A stretch of 64,000 nt of DNA from Eledone cirrhosa (GCA_964016885.1 OZ024745.1:54126001-54190000), one strand, 5' to 3'. Positions 27,385-41,106 are shown, counted from the first letter of the stretch. The notes: generated by a model not told the origin, from the sequence alone. Numbers and translations: made by a program.

Positions 27385-27550
27385 ACACTGAGTTCAAATC
27401 CCCTTAGGTCAACTTTGCCTTTCATTCAAACATTTTTTCTCTATCGTTTTTTTTTTAGAAGAAATCAACTATGTTCAGACCTGGAGGGGAGATGGGCTCT
27501 GTCAGGTTTACAAAAATGTTCATGAAATGCTGTATGTCAGGAGTTACGGG
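27385..27550 (+). mobile_element. SINE fragment (same family as 6998)
   Basis: ctgagttcaaatccc..ggtcaactttgcctttcat and the shared tail tgttcagacc.gga..gagatgggctc. Confidence 0.6.
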
Positions 27551-27608
27551 TTAATGGAAAAGGAAATAATTGAATGAAAAACACACAAAAACAAACACGC
27601 AAACACAT

Positions 27609-27653
<45 letters not shown>

Positions 27654-27843
27654 TACACATACTAGAATTGTTCTTGGCGCTGGACGTGATATAATGAATG
27701 GAATTACTGGCTACTTTCTAGAAGTATAATTATGGGAACTCTATTGGATGGTCTCAGCTTGAGAGCAATATATAGAAACAAAAAGTTTGAAAGGGAGAAG
27801 CAAAAGTGTGGGATGAAATATTATATATATATATATATATGTT

Positions 27844-27981
<138 letters not shown>

Positions 27982-28541
27982 TGTATGTGGGTGTGTGAAT
28001 GTATGTATGAGGGAGAGATTATCTTTGTTTTTATGTTACATGTTATAAACATGTAACATGCAAACGTCAATTTGCTATCTCGATTGTCTTCCAGTTATTC
28101 TGCCATACATACAATTCCTATTAAGTAAAAATCGAAAATGTAACGTAATATATTTTTATCCTTATTTTGCTTTTATTGGTTCCCGTTACCAGCCTGCGGC
28201 CATACTGCAGCACTACTTTAATGCTATCGGTAATATTGACATAAGTTTATTCCAATGTATAGACATAGTCAATGTATAGATAATGCTCAGAATCATCTGT
28301 TTTTACCAAGCCACTAAAGTGTCCTTATGGTGTTGCTCAACTGGCTAAATATTAAACCCAAACCTTCCTCAATTATACCCTTCAACTCTTGAAAAAGGAT
28401 AATAAGGTCCCAGTTTATGGATGTCGAACCAACGATATGCGTGTCAGTGTCATGATGAGTTTTGAAAAAAGAATCGCCCTGTAATATTATGTTATAAAAA
28501 AGTTTATTTATAAGCATGTTCCTAAAACTATATATATATAA

Positions 28542-28623
28542 TAATTATTTTGTTTGACGAACGGGCTAGACGTTTCTGTAAGAATCGTCTAGTTTCTCGA
28601 AACCTTCGGTAATGGAATAATTA
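28542..28623 (+). ncRNA. Hammerhead ribozyme-like motif in a solo insertion of about 170 bp between (TA)n tracts
   Basis: taattattttgt TTGACGA acgg gctagacg..cgtctagt ttctc GAAA cc ttc gg TA atggaataatta. Stem I is 12 bp with G.U pairs, and C3 is changed to U. Confidence 0.6.
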
Positions 28624-28875
28624 TATTGTGTTGTTTATTATGTAATTAATGACTCTGCACACTACATTGAGCAATCTTCATTCCTTTACCTTGTCTACAG
28701 AAATACTTAACATATATATATCTGTATGTATAATATATATATATATCGATTCGTCTGAAGAAAACGTGTAAGGTGGTGACTATATAACTAATTTGCATTT
28801 TTGACATGTGTATAATGAATTAGATAATAAAATGAAGATGTATGAGTAAAAGCGTCTCTCTTATATATATATATA

Positions 28876-29230
28876 TATTGTTATACTTTGGGAGGGTCAT
28901 GTTGCCAATAAAAACACAGGCACCTGTTGGTTTTCGCTTCATTTTATTATAAAATTCCGGTTGGCTGGTTGGTTCGATAACCGGAACGTTGTTTATATAT
29001 ATATATTGTCAAAGCTCTTTCGTCACACATTCTGTGACCTCCTAGGTGACTAGGTTTTTATTTTGTGTTATCGAACCAACCAACCAAATTTATAATAAAT
29101 TGAAGTGAGAACCAACAGGTGCGTGTGTTTTTATTGGCAACATGACCCTCCCTAAGAATAACAATATCTGTTTCAACATACTTTTTCAGATAAGAAATTT
29201 CGCAAAACAAAACAAATTGCTAAACAAATA
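28876..29230. mobile_element. ORF-less fold-back of Naiad-like pLTR
   Basis: Inverted arm 28876-29067 (degenerate HHR at 29008-29050 on the minus strand) and direct arm 29068-29230, both homologous to the 21145-25332 termini. Confidence 0.85.
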
Positions 29231-29413
29231 TATATATATATATATTTGTTTAGTAATTTGTTTTGTTTTGCGAAATGTATATATATATAAAGACAAACAT
29301 AGAATATTCGAAAATATTCTGTATGTTTATAATAAACATTTTGAAGACCCAATCGCTATAGAATAGAATACGTCACGTATTACAATTTGAGATTCTCGAT
29401 AAAAGTAAGGGAA

Positions 29414-29456
29414 GTAATCTACGCGTTTCATTCTTGTTAGAAATCTTCAGGATTAT
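29414..29456 (-). ncRNA. Hammerhead ribozyme
   Basis: Inverted copy of 29858-29900. Confidence 0.8.
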
Positions 29457-29857
29457 ATATCCAATACTTTTATCGAGAACGACACAGCTAGAGACTTATA
29501 GAATACTTAGCTGTGTACAGGAACTGGTTTGATAGAGCGGTAGCCGGTCCGGCAGAAATTAGAATTTGGATTTAATGCTCTGAAATAGCGATATATATGT
29601 GAAGACAAACATAGAATATTCGAAAATATTCTGTATGTTTATAATAAACATTTTGAAGACCCAATCGCTATAGAATAGAATACGTTACGTATTACAATTT
29701 GAGATTCTCGATAAAAGTAAGGGCATTAAATCAGAGCATTAAATCCAAATTCTAATTTCTGCCGGACCGGCTACCGCTCTATCAAACCAGTTCCTGTACA
29801 CAGCTAAGTATTCTATAAGTCTCTAGCTGTGTCGTTCTCGATAAAAGTATTGGATAT

Positions 29858-29900
29858 GTAATCCTGAAGATTTCTAACAAGAATGAAACGCGTAGATTAC
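29858..29900 (+). ncRNA. Hammerhead ribozyme (type I, GUA site, U.U at base of stem II)
   Basis: gtaatc CTGAAGA t ttct aaca agaa t GAAA cgcg TA gattac. The flanking ttctcgataaaagta/tacttttatcgagaa forms a 15-bp helix. Confidence 0.85.
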
Positions 29901-30084
29901 TTCCCTTACTTTTATCGAGAATCTCAAATTGTAATACGTGACGTATTCTATTCTATAGCGATTGGGTCTTCAAAATGTTTATTATAAACATACAGGATAT
30001 TTTCGAATATTCTATGTTTGTCTTCACATATATATCGCTATTTCAGAGCATTAAATCCAAATATATATATATATTTGTTTAGCA

Positions 30085-30126
<42 letters not shown>

Positions 30127-30255
30127 GTGAGGTTTTTTTACAAAATGAAAAATAACCGAGGTGTCCTACACGAATGAAAGTATAAAGAAAAAAAGATGAA
30201 ATCGAAAATGCAACTGGAGTCTTATTTCTAAAAAAATATATATATTTATTTGGTT

Positions 30256-30293
30256 CCTTTACCGGTTTCGCAGTTCTTCTGCTTTTCAAAAGT
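30256..30293 (-). ncRNA. Minimal hammerhead ribozyme, U3-A8 core
   Basis: Reverse complement: ctt TTGAAAA gcag aagaa ctgc GAAA ccgg TA aag. Confidence 0.75.
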
Positions 30294-31078
30294 AGAGTTG
30301 AGATGGAGGGTCTGTGGTTTTTCTCACATCTGGTTGGTCTTAGAATGTTACTTGTTTTCTATGGAAAAAAGTGGCTCGAAACACCAGGTTTTTAGAGAAG
30401 TAACTTGATTGGTTGGTCAATAAGTATAACAAATTTCGGGCCAATTCGCGTAACTAAGTTCTTCAAACAAGGTGGGGGGGGGGGGGGTCAGGTTGTTTTT
30501 TTCATATATAGTGAAGTTTTGTTGGTTGATGCAGTCACGAGAATAAGCACGCCAGTTTGTTTGAATTTCTTTTTACTTAAAAAAGAGGCTCACGTAGGCT
30601 TTTTTTAAATAAATGTAATTTGATTGGTTATAAATGAAATTATGGCTGTCACGTGAACAAGTTCATTAAATTTGGGAATTTATTTTGTAGCCTTTTAGAG
30701 AATTTTATGACAAACAAAAGATAATAGTCAAGAGAAATGGGATGGTGGGAATTGTTCTGGTTCAGTGAATATGGCAGGTTGTTTTTTTCATATATGAGTG
30801 AAGTTACGTGAATAAGCAGATCAGCTTTCACGTCAGTTTGTTTGAATTTCTTTTTACTTTAAAAAAGTGGCTCACGAAGGCTTTTTTTAAATAAATGTAA
30901 TTTGATTGGTTATAAATGAAATTATGACTGTCACGTAAACAAGTTCATTAAATTTCGCGCCCGTATTTGGGAATTTATTTTGTAGCCTTTCAGAGAATTT
31001 TATGACAAACAAAAGATAATGGTCAAGAGAAATGGGATGGAAGAATTTTTCTGGTTCAGTGAATATGGCTGGTTCGCT

Positions 31079-31138
<60 letters not shown>

Positions 31139-32721
31139 AGAATTCAGACTTTCTATTGTAATAAAGAAAATAGAGATATGTATCTTTATTTGTGTGCTTG
31201 TGTGTGTGTGTGTGTGTGTGTATAGGAAGATGATTCTATTAGTAGAAATGGGGGAGGGAGTTGTGTGTGTGTGTGTATATGGGTGTTATGTGTGTGTGTG
31301 TGTGTGTGTGTCTGTGGGAGTATGTTAAGATGGAGAGAATATATATATTTTGTGTGTGTGTATGTTTGTAGGAAAGTGATTCTATTAGTAGAAATGGGGG
31401 AGGGAGTTGTGTGTATGTGTGTGGGGTGTTATGTGTGTGTGTATGGATGTTATGTGTGTGTGGGGGTATGGTTAGCATGTTAAGATGAAGAGAATATATA
31501 TTTTGTGTGTGGGGGGGGGGAGATTCGGTTAGTAGAAATATTTTTGAATGAACATATTTTCCTTATTTATTCGTATTTGTTCTGTTGTATTGTCAGCGCA
31601 AACGTATGTTAAGGTTTATTTAGTTCGGGTTTTTATTTTATAAAGTAGAAGGTGTTATGTGTGTGTGTATGTGTCTGTTTGGATGGTTAGCATGTTATGG
31701 TGTTGACATAATGTATATTAAACCATATTTAATGCTGGTCTATATTTTTGAATAAACATATTTTCCTTATTTATTCGTATTTGTTCTGTTGTATTGTCAG
31801 CGCAAAGGTAAAATGGGAAGACTTGGAATTTGGGTGTCTTATTAGTTGCGCATATGTCTAGATGCGCGCTTAGTGGTATCTGTCTCGTGGTTGGATCTCG
31901 TAATTGTTGGCGATGAACTGTCATTCTGTTTCTGAGTGTGAGTTTAGTTTGTCCTATATAATCTTCATTGCATTCTTAACATTTAATGGCATAAACTAGA
32001 TTTTTTTATGAGCAAGTGAAGTGATTTTTTACAGCAAAATTTTGTCCTGATTGAAATGTATACGTGTTGCCTTCAATGAGGCGAGTGCAGGTTCCCCAAT
32101 TACAGCGACCACATTTTTTTACAGTTGGTTGTGGGTTTGTGGTAGGTAATTTGGCATTGGTGAGTAATGTTTTCAGTGATTTCGGTTGTCTTTTGCTTTT
32201 GATTATTTTGTGTGTTTCAAGGGCTTTTTTCATTCTTGGGTCTTGTTTCAATAGTGGGATGTTCTTGTGAATAGTGTTGTAAGCTTCCGCATTTCCTGGG
32301 TTGCGTGTTGAGATATATGATAGAATATTGGATGTACCTTGAATTTGTTTCTGTTTTCGTAATTCCTCAATGCCTATTGCTTTAGACCTTTTTATTCCAT
32401 TATTTATTAGTAATGGTGGGTACTGTCTTTCGTGTAGAATTTCCTTTAATTCTTGAAGTCTTGTATTTCGCGTTTCATAATTGGGGACAATTGTGCAAAT
32501 TCTTCTTGCTAGGTTAAAAGGAATGTTCGTCTTCGTGTGCTTTGGATGGTTGGATGTGAATAGCAGGTATTGTTTGGAATCTGTTGGTTTGTAGTGTATG
32601 AGCAACCAATCAAATTACTTCTCTAAAAACCTGGCGTTTCGAGCCACGTTTTTCCATATAAAACAAGTAACATTCTAAGACCATATGTGAGAAAAACCAC
32701 AGACCCTCCATCTCAACTCTA

Positions 32722-32758
32722 CTTTTGAAAAGCAGAAGAACAGCGAAACCGGTAAAGG
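32722..32758 (+). ncRNA. Minimal hammerhead ribozyme, U3-A8 core (one stem II mismatch)
   Basis: ctt TTGAAAA gcag aagaa cagc GAAA ccgg TA aag. Confidence 0.7.
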
Positions 32759-32816
32759 AACCAAATAAATATATATATTTAAAAAAAATAAGACTCCAGT
32801 TGTACTTTCGATTTCA

Positions 32817-32919
<103 letters not shown>

Positions 32920-32930
32920 TTTTATGTATG

Positions 32931-33017
<87 letters not shown>

Positions 33018-33138
33018 TTATATATATATATACACACATACACCCCCACCCCACCCACAGACACACACATATATATGTGTGTATGTAGAGAAATATATAT
33101 AAAAAGAACAAACCGTTCAAACTTGTTTATTTAAAATA

Positions 33139-33178
33139 GCACCTACGTACGTTTCGCCCGAAAGGGCTTCTCAAGGGC
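33139..33178 (-). ncRNA. Minimal hammerhead ribozyme, U3-A8 core
   Basis: Reverse complement: gccc TTGAGAA gccc tttc gggc GAAA cgtacg TA ggtgc. Confidence 0.75.
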
Positions 33179-33553
33179 ATACAAACTAAAAAGCGTTCCT
33201 TACATGACCCGGAATGGGTTTTTAGAAATAAGTTCACGTCACAGTTCATTCTTTGTAACAAAACATGTATTGATTTTGCAGTAGGTCAATGGAGATAACT
33301 CTAACCAGTGTTAGAGCATCAATTCTCCATGTGACTTTTTATCCGTCATTTCTTTGTAGTTGCAGCTTTACTATTGTCGATACGCACAGGATCAGGTAGG
33401 CAACGTTATTTTCCAGATGTTTGTTTGCTGCGACTGCCCGCCTGGATGGATTTGTGCCTGATCTGGGATGAATGGTTAGTTTCCGGATGTTTTTTGCAGC
33501 GCCTGCACGTCGCCGTGTTGAAATTTGGTGCAGGGCGATCCGGTTACGGTTTT

Positions 33554-36085
33554 TTACTCCCCATTCTTATTCCATCTGGAGAAGGATATTTTTAAGCGGT
33601 GTGTACAGCTTATCGTCGTTTCTGCTCTGCTGTTGATGAGCTCGTGGGGTGCCGTTATGATGTGGTAAAGCTCCATGATGCAAAGCTCACACTTTCTCTT
33701 GAAATTATACGGTGCTGCTCTGCCGACAATTTCCCAGTGCGTGGAGAATCTGATGTTTGAGTCGTTTAATGCTGTGATGTAGTTCGCGAGCGAAGTGGAG
33801 TGTCTTAGTTTCTTGTTTGCGAAAGAGTGAAGATGTGTTAGAAATCTATTTTTGAAAGGGCCAGAGGTAGCCCCTATATAATGTTTAACGCTATTATGGC
33901 TAGTTACGGTGCACCTATAAATAATCCTATCAGTCAGGCAGTTACCCCTAAAGGGGCAGCTTCCCCTGTCACGGCAGTTGCAATTTCGGTCGCGGTCCCT
34001 TCTAGTTCTCAAGGTAAGGATATTATTATTGCTATCTATGTTGTTACCTATGTCCCTACACCTGTCGTTGGTACCATTATAGCCCACCACGTGCGGGGTA
34101 GTACCATTATCATTCCGCACGCAGCAGCGTCTTCTGTTGCCGTCCGGTGACCCGTGCGAGTCACCTGCATATTCCCCAGTCATGTCGCGGTTATGTTGGT
34201 TGCGACTGTAGTGGCTGTTGCCAGCACTATTGGGTGTTGCTAGGGAGTCGTCCGGGCCGATATAGTTGTTGTCAAGTGTAGGTGTATCGGTGCTAAGGTG
34301 CTGTGTCTTGGTGATCTTACTGTGATTAGTTGTTCCTATGATGTCTGCTAGGTTAGGAGTAGTAGAGAAGGATATTTCTATATTGTTCCTATTCAGGATT
34401 TTGGGGTGGGAAGTTCTTCTCTAAAGCTTTGAAGAATATCCGTGGTATGTCGGAGGCCACACTCCGAGAGTAGGGAGGATGGAACCATAAGACGTTACGG
34501 TGACGATTCCGTGTCTTTGTACGTTTGCTAAGGGTTGTGCTAACGGGGTGACCGTTCTTATGCATGTTATTGTGCTGTAGCCCGTTACGTGTCCCTTTCG
34601 CTTTATGCTCGGGTGCACTCGTATTTTTTCTGCTACGTTTATGTATAGGAAGACGCTGGTTGGAAGGCGTTGGTAGTAGGCCATCGCCTTCGTTGATCTT
34701 ATAGTAGGGGAATAATTCAAGTAGGCTACAGTGATCACTGTCACCGAGGTCGTGATCCTTATTGTGTGGTAAGCTACCAATACTATCGCTAGTGTAATTA
34801 ACAATATGGCCGTGTTCCCTAGTGCGATTTTCTATACTATTATATCTGTCTCTTTCAAAGCCGCCGCACGTTCGGTTATAGGTATGGCTTACTATAACGT
34901 TAGTCTTATGAGAGGGATGGTTTCTGGAGCTAGCATTAGGGATGTAAGAGATTCTTCGGTTAAACCCGGCGCTTATCAAGGCCTTATTGTAGTAATCTGC
35001 CGCTTGGTTGAAGACATCCTCATTGGCGGAGAGCCTCGAGATCCTATGTGAGATGCTATAAACTATGGAGTTGAGAGTCTGCTTAGGGTGGTTTGAGGCA
35101 TAATTAATATACGAAAGGCTCTCTTCAGGCTTATGGTATGGCTTGTATAGGCCCGTACTCAACTCCAGGGTCACGTCCAGGAAATTGACCACCTGGTGGT
35201 TGAGGTCCATAGTTACGGATAGGCCGTATGACTTGAAGAACCTGTGTATGTGCTTGTTTAGTTTCTCTATTCTACGGGGGCTATGGTTCCTAACGGTAAA
35301 CAGGGCGTCGTCCCTATACACACCTACTTGTAGGGCCGGTATCTCGTCCCTAAGCTTATGGAGGAGGTATATTCCGACAGCTCGGTTGCCTGCGCCGAAT
35401 CACTGGACCCCATCGTGATATCGAAGTTATCAGGATGGTTGGTTCGGGTCCAGTGGGAACCTTCGAACTGGATAATGGTTCTACGCGCCGCTAGGACTAT
35501 ATCTATCTCTTTTTTAGTGAGGCTAGTGTTAGATTTAGCTAGGATAAGTGACTTATTTAAGAGTATAGGGGAGATAGAAGCGTAGTCACTATCTATGTCA
35601 AACTGAATGAACTTCGAGGTCACTTTATCAGGCAACTCGATGAACCAATCAATGACCTGGTCGGTGTTGCTCCAGAGGCAGACCTTAGCTTTTCTATTAA
35701 GCTCCAGTAGTACTCTATCTAGGATCACTTTACTAATCTTACCTATGTCGGATGCAGAGGGACATATTAGTCTAATAGAGGGGCTTTCATTAAAGTTACA
35801 TTTGTGATCCTTAAGAGAGAATCTAGGCGTCAGAGGGACATACGGGTTTGTATACTTATCTATTTCTAAGCTAGTGACTATATCCTTCCCTACTCTATTT
35901 ATGTCATTTAAGGTACTAATGGGTGTCTTTTTGTAGTCTTTGTGTAGTTCTTTATAAATGAATTGTTTATACTTTCTCGTGTCTATCTTATACAGCTTCT
36001 TGGTTTTGTCAGAGGTGACGAAGAGGTGTGGGTCATTCTTGATCTTGGTGATGAGTGCATCCAGTGACGTTAAGAATGGATTACT
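33554..36085 (-). pseudogene. PLE RT + GIY-YIG, 5'-truncated, frameshifted near 35370 and 34395
   Basis: ORF pieces 35324-35728, 34389-35321 and 33554-34183 are collinear. Confidence 0.88.
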
Positions 36086-36659
36086 TTACCACATGAGTGC
36101 ATCCAGGGATATTAAGAATGGATTACTTTACCACATGAGTGCATCCAGGGATGTTAAGAATGCATCACTTTACCACATCATAACGGCACCCCACGAGCTC
36201 ATCAACAGCAGAGCAGAAACGACGATAAGCTGTACACACCGCTTAAAAATATCCTTCTCCAGATGGAATAAGAATGGGGAGTAAAAAACCGTAACCGGGT
36301 CGCCCTGCACCAAATTTCAACACGGCGACGTGCAGGCACTGCAAAAAACATCCGGAAACTAACCATGCATCCCAGACCAGGCACAAATCCACCCAGGCGG
36401 GCAGGCACAGCAAACAAACATCTGGAAAATAACGTTGCCTACCTGATCCTGTGCGTATCGACAATAGTAAAGCTGCAACTGCAAAGAAATGACGGATAAA
36501 AAGTCGCATGGAGAATTGATGCTCTAACACTGGTTAGAGTTATCTCCCTTGACCTACTGCGAAATCAATACATGTTTTGTTACAAAGAATGAACTGTGAC
36601 GTGAACTTATTTCTAAAAACCCATTCTGGGTCATGTAAGGAACGCTTTTTAGTTTGTAT

Positions 36660-36699
36660 GCCCTTGAGAAGCCCTTCCGGGCGAAACGTACGTAGGTGC
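36660..36699 (+). ncRNA. Minimal hammerhead ribozyme, U3-A8 core
   Basis: gccc TTGAGAA gccc ttcc gggc GAAA cgtacg TA ggtgc; ACGTACGT palindrome. Confidence 0.75.
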
Positions 36700-37563
36700 T
36701 ATTTTAAATAAACATGTTTTAACGGTTTGTTCTCCTTTATATATATTTCTCCACGTGTATCCGCTCTGCTGATTTTCTCGCCCACTAGATATTAACACTT
36801 CTAATATTTAACACTGCAGGCACACGCATTGAGCACCCTTTGCATATGCTATTGGCAAATAACTACATGTATCGCCTATTTCTTCTTCTTCTTCTCTCTC
36901 TTGATACTTAATTACTCCATATGTGTGTATGTATGTATACATGTAATTGACACTGCAATAATAAGACTATTAAATAAATTCGAATTGCAGCACATCGGAA
37001 TAAAAGGGAAGATGGAATGGACGCATCCGGAATGTCATTGGTAATAAGTTTACGCGATCAGGTTTGACCTGGTGCTAAGCGACAGTAATATTTAAGTTTG
37101 TGTCGGGCGTGTGTTGAAATTGATTGAATCGACTAGATCCACTACTTGCAAATTTGTTGCCTTGTGCTAATGCTAAAAATCAATACTGACCATCTGAAGC
37201 AGAAGCAAATTAAAATGGTTACAATGGCCATTTGAAAACTATTCAAAGAAGCAGTCGACTATAGGTATAACTCAATACAAAACACCTGCCGGATTATCCA
37301 ATTTATCATTACATACCATAGAATTTCTACGAACCCATTCACAATACAGGTGACATTTTTCTCTGCGTTTAAACCTGGCAGTAAATATATTTTTAAATAC
37401 ATTCAGTTATAATTTCTTTCTACTTGTTTCAGACATTGGAATGTGGCCATTCTGGTGTAACGCTTTCACAAAATGTAGTCAAGTCTCTCTTTCTCTCCCC
37501 TCCCCCTCTCTCTCACTCTCTCTCTCGCAAACACACTCACAATCTCTCTCTCTCTATATATAT

Positions 37564-37651
<88 letters not shown>

Positions 37652-38504
37652 GAAGAGAGCAAAAGATTGTGTGTGAGAGAGCGAGAAAGAGCGATAGAGA
37701 GAGAGGAGAGAGGGAGAATTGATTATATATATTTATATATATATATATATATATATATCTGTGTGTTTGTGTGTATGTGTGTGTGTGTGTGTATGACGGA
37801 GGTCTTTAGACGTTGTTTGCATCCACCTTTTATTCAGCTGGAAGCCCACAACGCAAGATTCCCTCTCACGGGACCTGTTAAATCCTTCATAACACTTTTC
37901 CTCTCTGTCATCTTTAAACGAACACATAACGCACTTACTAAATAATTCTCTGTTGAAAGAGTGTTTAGTATTACAATATTACATTTAAAACAATTTCACA
38001 CACCTTAAATATCATTAAAAAATTATAATAATTTCTCCAAAAGATTTAAAAATATTTCTCGAAAATTTATTTTCATTTTCACGATACAGGGGACAGCAGA
38101 ATGTGTTGGTGTTGTTTCTCTGCCAGCCCGCCCCTGTTTGACTCCTAGGGCTGTGGCAGAAGTGTGGACCTGTCCCACGTCCCGTCCAATATCACTACCG
38201 CTAAATGTCGAAATAGTAAGCCATCGTTGTAGGAACGAATTCTGTTAGTAAATCGTCTGCCCCCCCTCTCTTCCAATCAATGGTTGTTATAGTACTACTG
38301 ACAGCCATCTCCTCCCAACCCAGTGGTCATTTTTGCCTGCAACACCACCACGCCATTAAGGTTATGTGTGTGGGGGGATGGGGAGGGAGTAACTCTGAAT
38401 GAGGGGTTTGCATATTATAACCAAAAACAAGAAGTAAACAGAATAAAATAAATTAAGATGAAATAGATATATTTGAAATAGATATCGCTACATCTTAACA
38501 ATAT

Positions 38505-38690
38505 AATTGTTTCTACTTTTGGCACAAGGCCAGCAATTACGCAGTACATTACTGGTACTTTATTTTATCGACCCTGTAAGGATGAAAGGCAAAGTTAACC
38601 TCGGCGAGATTTGAACTCAGACCATAAAGGGCAGTAACTCTTTGCTGTAAAGCATGGTGTCCGACCCTCTACCGATACGGCCAATCCACT
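38505..38690 (-). mobile_element. tRNA-derived SINE (Meta-type core)
   Basis: ctggtactttattttatcgaccc..ggatgaaaggcaaagt..gatttgaactcag; close to the copy at 56697-56881. Confidence 0.8.
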
Positions 38691-39687
38691 GTTCCCATTG
38701 TTAATATCTTAACGATATAATAAAGTATATAAAGTAGTTCTTATATAGTTAAGGTTTAACTGGGCTAAAAGTGCTGTGTTAGAGCCCTTCTCCATCTCTA
38801 GGTCCACGTTTAACTATAGCTCAACGGACTACATCCAGATATCCATAGAAACATCCTAGGTGATTCATGCACTCGATGAGCGGAATGCCAGACTGAAATC
38901 TTTCGATATAAATGGAATATCCTGGGGATGGGGGGCAGTAGGAATGTTCCCCTTAGCTTGCATTATACAGCAGTGGAACCGATCGAGATCTCCGGGCCAA
39001 CTTGTCTAATAAATAAAAAGCTATTAGGGAATTATATAAACAATTAAATAGAGTAAGCTGACCCAGGGTAAATACAAGAATGAGACACATGACGATAAAT
39101 TAGAGATAAATCAAATTAAAGTAAATTAAATTAAATTATAGTCAGAAACGTCCAGTATAATAAGTGAAACAACATCTACAAGTTGAACAAATATATAGAA
39201 AACAAACAATGGCTAATATGATCATACAAGAAGGAGAGGAACATGTATATGTTTAAGTGGATCCAAGCATGGTGAAATGGACAAGAAATGTGTAAAGCAA
39301 TCATGGTGTCCTAGTTCGATCGTGGGTTCCTGGGCACGGGGTTTTCACCATACAACCGGGTTGACGTAAGTATTAGGATAGAAATTGACAAGACAAAAAC
39401 TGTGTGGAATTAATCAGATTGATTTTGTAATTCCAATGTTCTTCATTGTTACACACGGTCAAACTGAATTACATTCAGATTACATGTAGATGTGGAATAC
39501 TCAACCTATGACACATTTAGTTAACGAGTAGATAGATCAGTTCACCTAACAACTGAAGTTTGAAAGTCGAAATCGATGTAGGATCTCCCAACAATTAATA
39601 TCTTTATCTGCTATCATAGTAAACTGATTTGTCCGTGTAGGATATAATCTATAACTTTGTAATTTAAGTTACATCTGTAACCGTAGA

Positions 39688-39874
39688 ATGTATGTATGTA
39701 TGTATGTATGTATGTATGTATGTATGTATGTATGTATGTATGTATGTATGTATGTATGTATGTATGTATGTATGTGTGTATGTATGTATGTATGTATGTA
39801 TGTATGTATGTATGTATGTACGTATGTACGTACGTATGTATGTATGTATGTATGTATGTATGTATGTCCGTATG

Positions 39875-39880
<6 letters not shown>
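39688..39880. repeat. (TATG)n microsatellite; one example of the many SSR tracts in the window
   Basis: Directly visible tandem tetramer. Confidence 0.95.
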
Positions 39881-39931
<51 letters not shown>

Positions 39932-39935
<4 letters not shown>

Positions 39936-40003
39936 GTGAAGACTAAAATCCCAAAAGGGCTCGATAAGGATAAATATATATAAAATATATAAAAACCATA
40001 GAG

Positions 40004-40008
<5 letters not shown>
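39932..40008 (-). mobile_element. Solo 3' tip of the 47247-48900 pLTR family
   Basis: gaagactaaaatccc..gggctcgataaggataaatatat..tagagcaa matches the reverse complement of 48818-48891. Confidence 0.75.
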
Positions 40009-40070
<62 letters not shown>

Positions 40071-40192
40071 TTGTACAAGAGTGTTGTGTATTTTAGTTGT
40101 GTTACGTAGTAACTTCCTGATGATAAGCAGGTCCTAGCGAACCATAACACTACACGTCAGTAGTTTATTCATTTATCAAATAAGGTAGTTAA

Positions 40193-40244
<52 letters not shown>

Positions 40245-40927
40245 CTCTAGACCAAAACAGTCAATAGTCGACTAGTACTTATAGGTATATATTTCACACT
40301 GAAACCCTCAAATGTAGATTTTTTTTCAGATGGTCTGAATATCCTTATATGAACAAGAAAACTAGATTGCAAGATAGGTAGGCGGAATATAAGAATATGA
40401 CAATAATATAAAATACTAATAACAAGGATAACAACAACAACTACAGCAACAACAACAATAATGATAATAATAACAACCATAAAAACATCAGCAATAACAA
40501 ACACAACCACAATAACAGTAACTACAACGACGATAAAATTGATACAACTCGATTTTAGATTCATTTATCAGGTGATAAACAAATCGATAAAAGGAAGAGT
40601 TTGGTCAAGCTGTTGCCAAACAACTGTTGTCAACATATTGATTTTTCAATAAGGCTATAGTGGAAAACTAACTGTTAAGTTGGTTAGCTGAGACAAGACA
40701 AAACAAAGTGTCCGAACAGTTTCTAGGCTATGTTCAGCTAAAATGTTTTGTCACTACTTGTAATGATAGGGAGAGATAAAAACTAAATTAAGTTATATTA
40801 GTTGTAGCCTGGAGCGTGAGGAACCGGTTAGTTTTACGGCTAATATTTTACAGTTTCTGTCTCTGGCCTTCTTCTTCTTCTTCTTCTTCTTCTTCTTCTT
40901 CTTCTTCTTCTTCTTCTTCTTCTTCTT

Positions 40928-40958
<31 letters not shown>

Positions 40959-41106
40959 AATAGTTTTCACTCTACACAATAATATGTTACGGTTATGAAT
41001 AAAAACATAGATATAAACATATAACCACAAAGATATCACGAATTGACAAATGAAGCCATGAAAAATTGATGGAAGAAAAGGTGCATAATAACACATACAC
41101 ACACAC

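Larger units (their letters stand above)
29290..30062. mobile_element. Fold-back insertion of a 312-bp tandem / circularly permuted HHR unit (retrozyme-like)
   Basis: Left arm is 1.4 units (agacaaacat at 29291 and 29603). Right arm is inverted, 1 unit plus redundancy (cagagcattaaatccaa at 29732 and 30044). No ORF; (TA)n flanks. Confidence 0.85.
33088..36815 (-). mobile_element. Nematis-like PLE with inverted pLTR arms of about 580 bp
   Basis: Minus-strand RT (TSDKTK, LKDHK, FDID..YASIS, FDITMGSSDSA, YRDDAL, FLDVTL, YHKP) and GIY-YIG (CNCR..CPFRGNCL..IIY..YIG..CELC). 33088-33670 is the reverse complement of 36170-36751. Confidence 0.9.

Noticed and set aside
40111-40165. CTGATGA...GAAC...GTC motif in a short insertion between (TA)n tracts
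   Set aside because: Stems II and III do not pair and GAAA is mutated; at best a dead copy.
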